Source: Callorhinchus milii
Taxonomy: Eukaryota
DNA: 64,000 bases
Reading direction: 5' to 3'
Assembly (NCBI RefSeq): GCF_018977255.1
Contig: NW_024704742.1
Coordinates: 132,310,001-132,374,000 of the forward strand
Position 1 is the stretch's first letter, and each line of letters opens with the position of its first letter. Below the pieces are notes generated by a model. It was not told the origin of the DNA, did no database searches, and was given only the letters and a program-made list of their open reading frames with translations. Below are positions 25,371-37,800 of the stretch, one piece after another. The position numbers were made by a program, and so were the translations under genes.

Positions 25371-27039
25371 CACAAATAGCTTCACACTGGGCACCTGAGC
25401 TGGGGGTGGGAGCTAAAGGGAGTGGAGGGGAGAAAGTTGACCAAAAGCGTGGTCAAAGAGGTACATCTTGAGACAGGCTTTGTTGAATGAGGGGAGGAGA
25501 GAATATAAAGTGAACAGATAACCAGAAGAAAAAAACTCATCATTTTTCTTAATGCTGTCGGGGGTGGGGAGTGGGGAGGGATCTAACATCCAAGGCAGAT
25601 GGAGCTTAAATAACAATAATATTCCTTGGATTTGATACAGCATCTTTCATGTCAGGAAGACAAAGTGCTTCACTGGATTTATGTAAAGTATAGTGATTGT
25701 GTAATTTGTGGCAAAAATTATACTATTACTGCTATTACTTCATGAATGCAGCAACCAATTTGCACACAGCAATGTCCCGCAAACAGCCATGAAACAAGTG
25801 AACAATTTGATCTGTGGGATTGTTGGCAAGAATATACCTGGATTAATTCTCTTCCCTTCTCTTTTCGAATAGTGCCAATGGGATCTTTAGCGTCCCCCTT
25901 AAAAAAGCCAGCACAGACATGATGAGCCGAATGGCATTCTGTGCTGTAAATGTCTATAGTTCTATAGTTCCAGGGGAAGCCATTTGACCTATTGTGCCTG
26001 TGATGGCTGTCTGAACATGATTTCTACTTAGTCTTATTCTCCTGCCTTTCCCACATGGACTCTTATGTTTCTCCTTTTCAGATATCTATCTTACATAGAG
26101 TGAAATAACATAAAACAAGCCATTAGAACAAACCCGTCCATGATCCCCACCCCATCTGTTCCCTTCTCCTACACCCCACTATTCCCCGCTAACTCCCTCC
26201 TATTTTAATATAATGTTGCCACAATTTGATGCTGTGATGGGGAGACGGTAGGGAGGGTGTTTTGGAAGGATGAAATTGGATGGGTTGAAGGGCCTTCTAT
26301 GTTCAGATCAATCTTTTGATCTCGTGAACGACAGTTCCAGGTGGGGCATTTTACGTCCTTACCAACTCTGTGTGTTAAACAAAAGATCCCACTAACCTCT
26401 TTAACTTCTGAGCCTCAATGATATTTTACTCCTTCTTGTGTCTCCAGTTGCTTTGTCTTTCTCCAACCTTTTCATGAGCCCTGCTTCCAAATGTAATCAA
26501 GTATAACCTTTCCCTATCTGCTCATTTCTCTACTGAGTGTTTTCCTTTCCGTGCTCTATTCGACTACATCTGCCCTTTCAGCCCGGCATTTTAGTCCTGT
26601 TGAAAGGTCATACCCAAAGCGTCAGTCTACCTTTCTCTTTCGGATACTCGTTGACCTGCGTTGTATTTCCAGGGCCTTCTTCATCCAAACCAATCTTGTG
26701 ATTTTGTGACCTTGTAATTTGGCCCGTTAAGTCTATGCTGCTGCTTTTCTACTCAACCACTACACGCTCATCCCTACACCCTTTAAAATTGCTTTCAATT
26801 ACATAAACTGTTACAGCACGGAAACAAGCCATTAAGCTCAATTTGTCCATGTGGAGTTTATACTCCACACAAAGCTTCAGTCTGCTCCTATTCTACTTCT
26901 CCCCTACCCCTTTATTCACTTTATCTCTCATCTATGCATTTCTTTTTTTGTTTTCAAAGTTCTTTTTAAAGTGCCAATCTTATTTTAAACAGCAGCTTCT
27001 GGCACAAAACTTCACATTCCAGTCAAATAAATTATTTTC

Positions 27040-30000
27040 CAACAACAACAACAACAGCAACAACAACAAGATTACATTTGTGTAGCGCCTTTCGTGTCAG
27101 TAGGATGTCCCAAGGCGCTGGACAGTGTACAGTATTTCAGACCCGAGCTGGGGTTAGGGAGGGAGAAGGGGGGGGGGGAGGAGAAGGGGGATAGCCAATG
27201 GCATGGTCGAAGAGAAGGGTTTTTAGGCGGGACTTGAAGGAGGCTAAGGAGGGGGTGAAGCGGAATGATTGGGAGATGGAATTCTACAGTTTGGGGGCAG
27301 AGTGGCTGAAGGCTCTCCCACCAATGGTGGGACAGGTGGGTCGGGGGACGTGGAAAAGGCCGGAGCCAGCTGAGTGGAGGGAGCAGGCGGGTTAGTAGGG
27401 GGTTAGGAGGTCACAGAGGTAGGGTGGGGCGAGGCCATAAAGGGCTTTGTAGGTGAGGACCAGGATCTTCAACTGGATCCTCTGAAGGATAGGGAGCCAA
27501 TGGAGTCAGATGAGAATGGGGGAGATTGGGTCACGGAGTTTGGTGCAGGAGAGGACATGGGCTGCAGAGCTCTGGATTATCTGCAGCCTGTGGAGGGAGG
27601 AGTTGGGAAGGCCGACAAGCAGGGGGTTTGCATAGTTGAGCCTTGAGGTGATGAAGGCATGAACAAGAGTTTCAGCGCCCTGAGGGATGAGGTAGTGGTG
27701 GAGTCGGGCAATGTTATGGAGGTGAGGGAAGGCAGAGTAGGTCACAGCTTGGATGTGGGGAAGAAAAGACAGTTGAGGGTCGAACAAGACACCGAGGTTC
27801 CTGACTGGTTTGGTGAGTTGAAGGGTGCAACCATGGAAGTTGATGCTACCAGAGCCTGAGGTGCTGAGGCGCTGGCGCGAGCCAATCAGGAAGGCCTCAG
27901 TCTTGTTCACATTCATCTGTAGGAAATTTGCCCTCATCCAGGACTTAATGTCCGACAGGCAGTCGGTCAGGACAGCAGTGGTCCTGGAGTTGAGGGTGCA
28001 GGCAGAAACATAGAGTTGGGTATCATCCGCATTCATTTGGAAGTTGACCCCATGTCTGCGGATGATGTCTCCAAGAGGGAGCGTGTAGATATCAAAGAGG
28101 AGAGGGCCAAGGACAGAGCCCTGGGGGACACCAGACTTGACAGTGCGGGGGCTGGAAGAGAACCCGTTAGAGGCAACAAAGTGGAGACTGTAAGAGAGAT
28201 AGGAATCGAACCAGGCAAGGGCAGGTCCGTGAAGATTAAGTAAAAAGGAGAGGCGGTGTATGAGAATGGAGTGGTCGACAGTGTCGAAGGTAGCAGAGAG
28301 GTCGAGGAGGACAAGGAGGCAGAGGGAGCCCTGATCACAGATGTTCAGAATGTCATTCGTGACTTTGACCAGGGCTGTTTCCGTGCTGTGGGCAGCGCAG
28401 AAGCCAGATTGGAGGGGTTTAAAGAGAGAATGGCGAGAAAGAAAGGAGCGGAGCTGGGACTCGACGACTCGTTCGAGGGCCTTAGAGAGGAATGGGAGAT
28501 TGGAAATGGACAAGGAGAGGTTGATGATGGTCAGACAGGAGAGGGGCCAGAAGGTGGAGCTGGCCGATGAGGAGAGAGGTGGGGATGGGATCAAGGGAGC
28601 AGGTGGTGGGTTTGAGTTTGCGAAAAGTCACAGTGAGGGAGGAGGGAGAGATAGGGTTCGAAAGAGTATGGGGGGGATGGGTGGGTGGTAGGTCATGAGG
28701 GAGAGGTGATGTCGGGGTAGTGGTGGACAGGGCGGAGGTGGCTGAACGTATCCCCTCGATTTGGGATTCAAGGAAGTCCAGCATCTCCTCACAGTTGGAG
28801 TTTGAGGAGAGGTTGGGCGAGGCATGGGAAGGTGGACAGAGGAGACGGTTTGTGATGGAAAAGAGACCTGGGGTTGTCCTTTGCCTCCAAGATAACCTTG
28901 GAATAGAAGGAGGATTTGGCGGAGGCAAGAGCACAGCAGTAGGTCTTGGTCTAGTGAAGCCAAATCTGCCGATGGACCGTTAGTTTGGATTTGGTCCAGG
29001 TGCGGTTAGCAACTCACATTTGTGCCTTGAGGGAACGGAGATGGTTGGTGTACCAGGGAGATTTACAGGAGTATGAGGCAGATCGGAAGATGAAGGGGGC
29101 AAGGGAGTCCAGAATGGAGGAGAGGGAGTTGTGGAGAAAAGAGAGTGAGGAGGGGAGATTGGTCAGGGAGGGCCAGAGGTGTAGGTGTTCAGATGACTCC
29201 AGGGCAGGGGAGAGGGAGGAAATTTTTTTCCACGGACGGTATGTGATATAATAATAATAATAATCCTTGCATTTGATATCGCGCTTTTCACGTCGGGAGG
29301 ACGACCCAAAGCGCTTCACAGAATATACTGTAAAGTGAATTGACTGTATATTTGTGGGCGAACGCAGCAGCCAATTCCGCACAGCAATGTCCCATAAACA
29401 GTCGTAGATTGAAAATGACCAATTTATTATTGTTTTTTGTTTTGGAGGGATTATTATTAGGCTCTGTGTGGAGTAAGGAAACTTGCCCAAGGTTTCGCCC
29501 TCTGCCTGGAATTGAACTCAGGTCTCTCGCTTGCAAAGCGAGTGCTCTAACCACTGAGCTACAGGACTCCACGATGTTGGAGGGTTGAGAAAGGGGAAGG
29601 GATACGGAAGTGTTGAGGGATATGAAGTGGTGGTCTGAGATTGCTTTATCAATAATGATGATGTCCGAGACGGTGAGGCCCCTGGTGATCACCAAGTCAA
29701 GGAGGTGGCCACGGTCGTGGGTGGGCGAATGGTTGAGGAGGGAGAGGTTAACGGAAGAGAGGAGGGAGGAGAAGTCGGCAGAGGTAGAGCAGGATTTTTG
29801 GATGGGGATGTGAGTGAGGGAGAAAAGGTTGGTTCCCATGGGTGAGGGCCGGTGGGCCTTGCGGCAAGAGTGGGGGAAGGGGCAGTCAGGGTGGGCACTG
29901 TAGGAGAGCCGATAGCGTCTACCACGGTGGGCATGACAGAGAATGTGCAGGGAGGAGCAGAGGGAGGTTGTGGGGGAGTCGAGAAAGGATAGGAGTCGGG

Positions 30001-30125
30001 GCAGGCGGAGGGAGAGGAGTGTTGAGCGGGTGTGTGGAGGGAAGGGGACAGGGTCGGGAACATCTTGGGGCAGCTCGGGTCACTTGCGGCAGTCAATGTG
30101 CGCACACTGAGACTCAGAGCGGACA
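27040..30125 (-). mobile_element. Longest L2 copy: GC-rich 5' region, partial endonuclease, RT and tail, interrupted by a SINE at 29248-29572
   Basis: 362-aa ORF 27506-28594 is RT ([32 protein letters not shown]). PTHDRGHLLDLVITRG..ISDHHFI is the APE endonuclease end. (CAA)n tail at 27040. Confidence 0.93.
29248..29572 (-). mobile_element. SINE family A short form inserted into L2 ORF2
   Basis: Full-length copy flanked by a 3-bp duplication (GAT at 29245-29247 and 29573-29575). Confidence 0.95.
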
Positions 30126-30195
30126 GGAGTGTTCAGCGAGCCACGGTGCCTGCTGGGCTGGGTTGGGCTGTACTGGGCTGAGCTGGGCTGGGCTG

Positions 30196-30365
30196 GAGGG
30201 AAGGGGAGGTGACCGTATGTTGAAGAGGAAGGTTTTCAGGCGCGACCTGAAGTTGGGAAGGAAGGGGCAAGGCGGAGGGAGAGAGAGAGAGTGCTCCAGA
30301 GTTTCGGGGCTTGGTGGCTGAAAGCGCGTCCGCCAATCGTGGAACGGAGGTCACAGCCGGGGAGA
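30196..30365 (-). mobile_element. L2 3' fragment
   Basis: Matches the L2 3' end (cgcgctttcagccaccaagccccgaaactctggagcactctc..cttcaggtcgcgcctgaaaacc). Confidence 0.75.
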
Positions 30366-31910
30366 TCTCATTATAGCTGGAGCTTTGTGTCAAAAATGTT
30401 ATTGAGGAATGCTCAAGGGGACCCACCCTCAAATTCAGAGGAGGGAACATTTTACCAGAGAGTGACGTTAACGTACAGTCCCAGAAGAATGTGGAAGCAA
30501 AATCAACTGGGTTGGTAAAAGAGACATGGATAGAGACTTGGGAATTAAGGGTTATAATGGTTTGGAGGAAAAGGCAGGGAAATGGAATTAAAATGTCAGC
30601 TATGACCTAATAAATTGGTTGAATAGTCTTTACCGGCCTCCTTCTATTCCTATAATAATAATAATTTTCGCCCACAAAATACAGTCAATTAACATTACAG
30701 TATATTCTGTGAAGTGCTTTGAGACATCTCAATGATGTGATAAGGCGCTATATCAAATGCAAATATTATTATGATAATAATCTTTACATTTGGCATAACG
30801 CCTTTCATGTCAGGAGGACATCCCAAAGCACTTCACAGAATATACTGTAGAGTGGAGTGAACCCAGCAGTAATATCCCCATGTCATTCCTCTCCTTCTAT
30901 TAGTTATCTGATCCACAGAAGTTATCCTTAACTACTATCCAGGGACGGAAGGATTTTCTGCATCATCTGCGCATATTAATTTTGTTTCCTTTGGTTAAGT
31001 GTTTAATGGCAGCAGTTCCTATTCAAGTACCAAGGGTAATGGGGGGACTGCAACCAAAAAAAGCTTGTCTAGCACGGGAAGAGTTATAATGAGATCTCCC
31101 TGGTCATTGCTTTGAAGAAGAAAGAGATGATGCATCACCCTAGCTATGAAAGACCCAGGTGAGTTGCATGTAATTTCTGACAGCAGCTTTACTCAGTCAG
31201 ATACATACAAAGCAACGGCCACGAAGAAAGGTACAGGGTAGAACCCAATCTAGAGAGCTCTAGATGACAGGGCAAAGCAAGAGAACAATGATTAAGTAAT
31301 TTATTAACATCCCTTGGGTGTCAAACGCATGTCGGGATCTTGAAGGCTCTCTTGCCGCTCTGTTATTTCCAATGATATGTAAGCCGTGCAGAGCTTTAGT
31401 AAGAATGTGTGAGAAAACAACCTTAGCGCAGAATCGTTCCCCTGTGCATACGCTTTATCGAGAGATGGAAATGATAAACTATTACAACCTTTTACAACAT
31501 CAAAGAAAGACTATTATAGGCCTTTGTGACACAGGCAAATGCAGTGAGCGAGAAACCTTGGGGAAGCGTTTGAAGTGTTTTATGAGGTGACTTTGTCTAA
31601 GGTGTGCTACTGTGTTATTACAGACCTTATATGTAATGCATAGAGGACAGGCTATCAGGTCCTATTGGGAATGGTGCAGCTTCATGATTGAAGAATAATA
31701 TTATCATACGTGGGTCTATCGATCTGTCAGGTGTCTTCAATTACAAGTGCTTCGGGACGTCATCCCGACATGAAAGGCTCTCAATCAAATGCAAAGGATA
31801 TGAATTATCATGAGGAGTGAAGTGCTTTGAGATATTTGGACATGATAGGTGCCAAGCATTATGTGACAATATTATTCTTATAATCTATGTATAGTAATAA
31901 TATATAATAA

Positions 31911-32307
31911 TAGAGAAGTTGTGTAGCTTAGCGATCAGAGCACTCGTCTTGCAAGCGAGAGGACCTGGGTTCGATTCCCGGGCAGGACAAAACATTGAGC
32001 AAGTTTCCTTGCTCCACACACCTCTGTTTATCTAGCAGTAAGTAAGAACCTGGTCGTTAGTCAATTGGCAGATCGCTTTCTGGAGGTAATAATCCCTTAA
32101 AAAAATGTTTTTAAATAATTTAGAATTATTTGGTCACTCAATCCACGACTGTTTGCGGGACACTGTTGTGAGCTATTGGTTGTCGCATTTAACCCATAAA
32201 ATATACAGTCAATTCACTTCAGAGTATATTCTGTGAACCGCTTTGAGACATCTCAAAGACTTGATAAAACGCTATATCAAATACAAGGATTATGATTATT
32301 ATTATTA
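31911..32307 (+). mobile_element. SINE family A long form
   Basis: tRNA head, then cctctgtttatctagcagtaagtaagaacc segment, body and tail. Confidence 0.88.
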
Positions 32308-33189
32308 ACTTCCTTACCATGGGGTGACTGTAAAAAATACACATACAACGATAAGGTTTAGTACTCACTGCTCTGACCTCCGGCTGTTAAGGCAGATTCA
32401 TGTCACAATGCAGTGTAATGTGAGATGGAAGATACATGATAAATGGGGGTAAAGAAAAAATCAGGTTGGATTCGAGCTAATCCAGAGTGACTCCTGTCTC
32501 AGCTCATCCCATTTCTACTCTGTCTCTGGGTCTCTTCAATTCCACAGGATTGTAATTCTTAATTCTCACTTCTTTGCACATGAAACTTAAATCGTTTAAT
32601 CATTCCCCTTCACCACGGTACTGCCCCCGCCTGTTAAAAACAATCTGTCTGACATGGAGCAAAAGCCAACAAGGACGTTCTGAAGTTCAGTTTAACATCA
32701 CTCGAAAACTTTTCACCTTCGCACTTCTCCTCCGTCGTTGTCAGATCGCACCTGGAGACCTTCCTCTTCGACAGTGCCTATGATCACCTCCCTTTCTCCC
32801 CGGCTCAGCATCAAACTTGGTCATTGTTCTGCGATCTGGGACACGTTAGTCCTCATGTTGTTGTTGTTGTTGTAAACCATGTATTGACTGACTGAGAACC
32901 ACCAAGTAAACACCACGGCTTTTTGCCAACGCAGATCAATTTCCTAAAACCACCTTCTTTCATTTAAGAAGCAGCAATTTGAAATGTAAGGATTATTATT
33001 ATTACCTCCAGCGCCTAAATATCTTCCCTTCAAAAAGAGAAAATTCGCTAATTCGCTACTGCATTCACCTACAAAATACATAGTCAGTACACTTTACAGT
33101 ATGTCCTGTGAACTGCTTTGAGGCGTCTTCCTGATGGGAAAGGCATTATATCAAATGTAAGGAGTGTTATTCTAATGATTATAGACAAA

Positions 33190-33968
33190 AAGAATCCTTG
33201 CATTTGACATAACGCCTTATCACATTGTTGAGACGTCTCAAAGCGCTTCACAGGATATACTGTTATGAGATTTTGACTGCATATTTTGTGGGTGAAATGT
33301 GGTAACCAGTTGCACACAGCAATGTCCCACAAACAGCCACAGAGTGAATGACCAATTTTACTTGGGGGATTTTTGGCCATTACGTTGGGAGAAACTCTCT
33401 TCCCTTTTCAAATAGTGCCACAGGATCTTTAACATCCATCTGAACAGGCAGACAAGTTTAATGCCTCATCTAAAGGATGGCATCCATAGGCAGCGGGTGA
33501 AAATATTCTTGGGGGATGCAGGCGATGGCTGAGTAAGACTCAATTATAGAGTCGGACCCCTTTAAGACATACAACCCTTTAGTTTGAACGATAGATCCAT
33601 TGCCCAGTCAGAGGTGAGGACACCCTGACATGCAACCCACCGGACCAGGAGTGGATGGGTACCTCCGACAAATTGGGAGCGGGGCAAAACGGGGCTTCTG
33701 GGCGCTGTTGGTTGAAGTTGCTCGGAGGACTGGCTGTGGTCCTCCTCAGGGCTCAGGGCTTTCCCCTCCGAGCTCCCCTTAAAGTGATAAAGCAGTAGTG
33801 ATAAACCCACCGCCTATGACCGCACCTTCTGACATTGCAGCGCACCCCCAGCATTGCACGGGAGCATCAGTCTAGACCTGTGAGTTGAGTTCAAAGTCCC
33901 GACGTGGGACTTGAACCTACAACCCTCTGATTAAGAGGCGAGAGTGCTACCAACTGAGCCAGACTAAC
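33190..33968 (-). mobile_element. SINE family B, full-length, interrupted by a MITE at 33485-33818
   Basis: Tail at 33190, body, and head ending gagtgctaccaactgagccag. Sequence is colinear with other B copies once the insert is removed. Confidence 0.85.
33485..33818. mobile_element. Non-autonomous DNA transposon (hAT-like MITE), 334 bp
   Basis: 14-bp imperfect TIRs (CATAGGCAGCGGGT and ACCCACCGCCTATG). Degenerate 8-bp TSD (ATGGCATC and ACCGCACC; host SINE consensus ACGGCACC). Confidence 0.72.
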
Positions 33969-34480
33969 ACAAAAACTCTCTTTTTGAACATCTCTATGGA
34001 TCCCTCCTCTAGTAGTCATATATTTGCCACACGCAACCTATTACTAAATGTGGCAAATTTTATCGCTGAAAGGTTTTCATTGAAGTTCTCCCAGCAGGAG
34101 AAAATTATTCAGAAATTAAACAAAAGTTTGTCTCCAAAATACAATCAGTTACCACGTTTCACAGTAAAAAAAATACTGTGAAGGGTTTTGAGATGTCTTC
34201 CTGGCTGAAATTATTATTATTATTATTCTGCCTCCTGTCCCAATCCCTTCGCCTCTGCCCCGCTTTATCCATTAAATCCCTCCTGAAGACTCTTCACGCC
34301 TACAGTCACCTCCCTCTATTCCCTTGCTCAGCATCCAACCCAGACACTATACTGCATTCTGAGACGTGAAGGGCACCGTATAAGTGCAATATTTTGTTGT
34401 TGCCTTTGAAGGTGGCCGGTAAGAGTTTCGCACCACCCACCACACCCCACCCCCATCTTCCACTCATCCTATAGCTCCCC

Positions 34481-34793
34481 GTGGAGTCCTGTAGCTCAGT
34501 GGTTAGAGCGCTCGTCTCGCAAGCGAGAGTCCTGGGTTCGATTCCCAGCAGGGCGAAACCTTGGGCAAAGTTCCTCGCTCCACACGCCTGATAATAATCC
34601 CTCAAGAAAAAAAATAATAGTAATTTGGTCACTCAATCCACGACGGTTTGTGGGACACTGCTGTGCGCAATTGACAGCCGCGCTTCGCCCACAAAATATA
34701 CAGTCAATTCACATTACAGTACATTCGGTGAAACGCTTTGAGGCGTCTAGAAGACGTGAAAAGCACTCTATCAAATGCAAGGATTATTATATT
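34481..34793 (+). mobile_element. SINE family A, intermediate short form (cacgcctgataataatccctcaag)
   Basis: Intact tRNA-like head with B-box ggttcgattcc. Has the short-form deletion but the older-type tail loop (gaggcgtctagaagacgt). Confidence 0.9.
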
Positions 34794-35589
34794 ACTTATC
34801 CCCTCACCAACCTCAATTTCTCCTCTTCCCCCCCCACCCCACCACCACCAGCAGATGCTGCCCTTATCTCCTCTGAACACAGATAAGATCTATCTCTCTG
34901 CCAAGGCCTCCTGGAGTGCTTTTTGTCAACCTGTCAATTTTAAACCCGGACGTGGAGTTCAGCAAATAAAGATAAATGACCCTGCAGCACCACTGTGACC
35001 TCAGAGCTAAACTATGTTTAGTTCCCTCTTCGCTCTCCCCTCCCCCCACCCCACCACCACCACAGCCTGAGGAGAAACAAGGAAGGTACGAGTACCTTGT
35101 GTTATACTGGCTCAGTCGTTAACACTCTCATCTTTCAGTCAAAAGGCTGAACGTTCAAGTCCCACTTTGTGCTCACAATTTAGGCTGTATTATTTATCCC
35201 CAAAGTTTATCCTTATTATAAGAATAAGAATAATTTGCATTCACCTACATGAAGGAAGCTCTATAAATGCAAGTTGTTGTTGTTAATAATAATAATAATA
35301 ACCCCTGCATTTGATATAGCACCTTATCATGTTGTTGAGACGTCTCAAAGCACTTCACAGAATGTATTATAAAGTGAATTGACTATATTTTGTGGGCAAT
35401 TGGGCACATCAGTGCCCCACAAACAGTCATGGACTGAGTGACCAATAATTGTTATTTTTTTAAAGTAAAAAAAAATTCCTTACATTTAATAATAATAATG
35501 CATGTCAGCAAATTCAAATGAAACCAATTTAGACCTCAAAAAATTGGTTCGGATTTAGAAGGCCTTTTGGTCCATCCAATCTCATCCTT

Positions 35590-35775
35590 TCAGAAACTGG
35601 ATCAATTCAAATTTTCAAGATTGAGGTTGATACATATTTGTTAGGTAAGGGTATCAAGGGATATGAAGCAAAGGCGTGTAAATGGAGTTGAGATGTAGAT
35701 CATTAAGATCTAATAGAATAGTGGAACAGCTTTAGTGGCTGAATGGCCTACTCCTGTTCCCCTTGATCCTATGTA
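35590..35775 (+). mobile_element. CR1 3' end fragment (similar short CR1 tails near 21360-21455, 22830-22960, 23575-23715, 37215-37310 and 59780-59895)
   Basis: ttcaagattgaggttgatacatatttg...ggctgaatggcctactcctgttcc, matching the CR1 3'UTR pattern. Confidence 0.72.
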
Positions 35776-35985
35776 GAACACCCACCCTGTTCTCCATTAA
35801 CACTCCGTCCACTGGGAGAAACTCCTCTTTTCGGATAGTGCACTGGAATCTTTAACATCCACAAAAACAGGCAGACAGGACCTTGGTTTAACGTCTCATC
35901 CAAAAGACGGCACCTCAACAATGCAACAGCTCCCCAGGACTATCAGTTTGGACCATATGATTCCAAATCCCAATATGGGGCTTGA

Positions 35986-36337
35986 AGTGGTAAGAGCACT
36001 CGCCTTGCAAGCGAGAGACCTGGGTTTGATTCCCGGGCAGGGCGTAATGTTGGGCAAGTTTCCTTACTCCACTCGCCTCTGTTTACCTAGCAGTAATAGG
36101 AACCCAGTTGTTAGTCGATTGGCGATCACTTTTCCGGGGGTAATAATTTCTTAAAAAAATTAGTCACTCAATCCACGACTGTTTGTGGGACACTGCTGTG
36201 TGCAATTGGCTGCTGCGATTTGCCCACAAAATATACAGTCAATTCACTTGACTCAATTCACTCATATTAAGCACTTTGAGACGTCTTGAAGATGTGATCA
36301 GGCACAATATCAAATGCAAGGATTATTATTATTATTG
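35986..36337 (+). mobile_element. SINE family A long form, abutting a minus-strand family B fragment
   Basis: gagcactcgccttgcaagcgag head remnant, long central segment and tail. Confidence 0.86.
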
Positions 36338-36869
36338 TTGAAACTTTTGGTAAAGGTGCTACAACTGAACCAGGTTGACACACGATACAGGTTCCGCATC
36401 ACCTGTTTGGTTTTATATTCGGTGGCCCTATTCATAAAACTGATTCCTGGAGTCCATTAACCATCTTATCACTTGCGTTTGATTGAAGAAAATTCATTAA
36501 CACTGTTGTGTTAGGGATAAAGCATGACCTTTGACTTGACAAGATGTGTTATCATAAAGTTTGATACTGTTCACTTATGGTCCCCAGGCACGCAATAAAT
36601 TATACTCTTATCGAGAGAGTATCATCTCGCATTCGACAACAAAAAACACATGGTCACTCCACAGTGAATCCTGTACAGCGCTTTGAGAAGTTCTCCGAAC
36701 GTGAAATGTGCTATATCAAAAAGAAATTTACATTTATTTAGCACCTTTCAATATGTGAGATAGTCCTGAGGTGCTTGGCACCCGAACTAGTGTGGGAGCC
36801 AAGGGAGGCGTGGAAGGGAAAGGTAACTGAAAGGCGTCTTAAGATGGTGAAGAATGCAATACAATACAA

Positions 36870-37149
36870 TGGAGTCCTGTAGCTCAGTGGTTAGAGCTCA
36901 CGCCTTGCAAGCGAGTGACCTGGGTTCGATTCCAGGCAGGGCAAAACCCTGGCCAAGTTTCCTTATTCCACAACAATAAAAATATTAATAAAATTGGTCA
37001 CTTCAATCTACGACTGTTTGTGGGACACTGCTGTGCGCAATTGGCTGCTGCATTTCGCCCACAAATATACAGTCAATTTACTTTATAGTATATTCTGTGA
37101 AGCGTCTCAAAGACGTGATAAAGTGTTATATTAAATGCAAGGATTATTA
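36870..37149 (+). mobile_element. SINE family A, deleted variant
   Basis: ggagtcctgtagctcagtggttagagc head with shared body and tail. Confidence 0.88.
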
Positions 37150-37443
37150 AGACAAAATTACATTTGTAAAGCACCTTTCACGTCAGGAGGAAGTCCCAAG
37201 ACACTGAACAGTCTGGGATTAGGAGGTACAGATCAGTAATATCTAAAAGAATGGTGGAACAGGCTGTAGGGGCTGAATGGCCTACTCCTGTTCCTATGTT
37301 CCTATGTTCCCACCCTGTTCTCCATTCCCCCACCCAACCCCATCATAGCAACAAACTGCTTTTTAAATGAGTCCAGTGTATTGGGCTCAACTTGTGGAGA
37401 CAAGTGTGCTACAGGCAGAAGAACATTTGTGCATTAGTATAAA

Positions 37444-37800
37444 GTGGAATCCTGTAGCTCAGTGGTTAGAGTACTTGCCTCGCAAGCGAGAGACCTGGGT
37501 TCAATTTCCGGCAGGACAAAATGTTGGGCAAGTTTCCTTACTCCGCACACTTCTGTTTACCTAGCAGTAAGTAGGAACCCGGTTGTTAGTCGATTGATGG
37601 ATCGCTTTTCAGGGGGTAATAATTCCTTCAAAATAAATAATAATAATTAGGTCACTCATTCCATGACTGTTTGTGAGACACTTCTGTGCGCAATTGGCTG
37701 CCGCGTTTCGCCCACAAAATATACAGTCAATTCATTTTACAGTATATTCTGTGAAGCGTTTTGAGACGTTTCAAAAATCAAATGCATGGATTATTATTAT
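37444..37800 (+). mobile_element. SINE family A long form
   Basis: gtggaatcctgtagctcagtgg head and complete central segment. Confidence 0.9.

Noticed and set aside
25122..25379. Recurrent short ORFs (MGKFPYS..., [11 protein letters not shown]..., CKDYYYY) suggesting a gene family
   Set aside because: They are translations of SINE family A copies.
30152..30196. GGGCT/GAGCT pentamer run resembling an immunoglobulin switch region
   Set aside because: Only about 45 bp, within an L2 3'UTR junction, with no Ig exons nearby. It is a simple repeat expansion.
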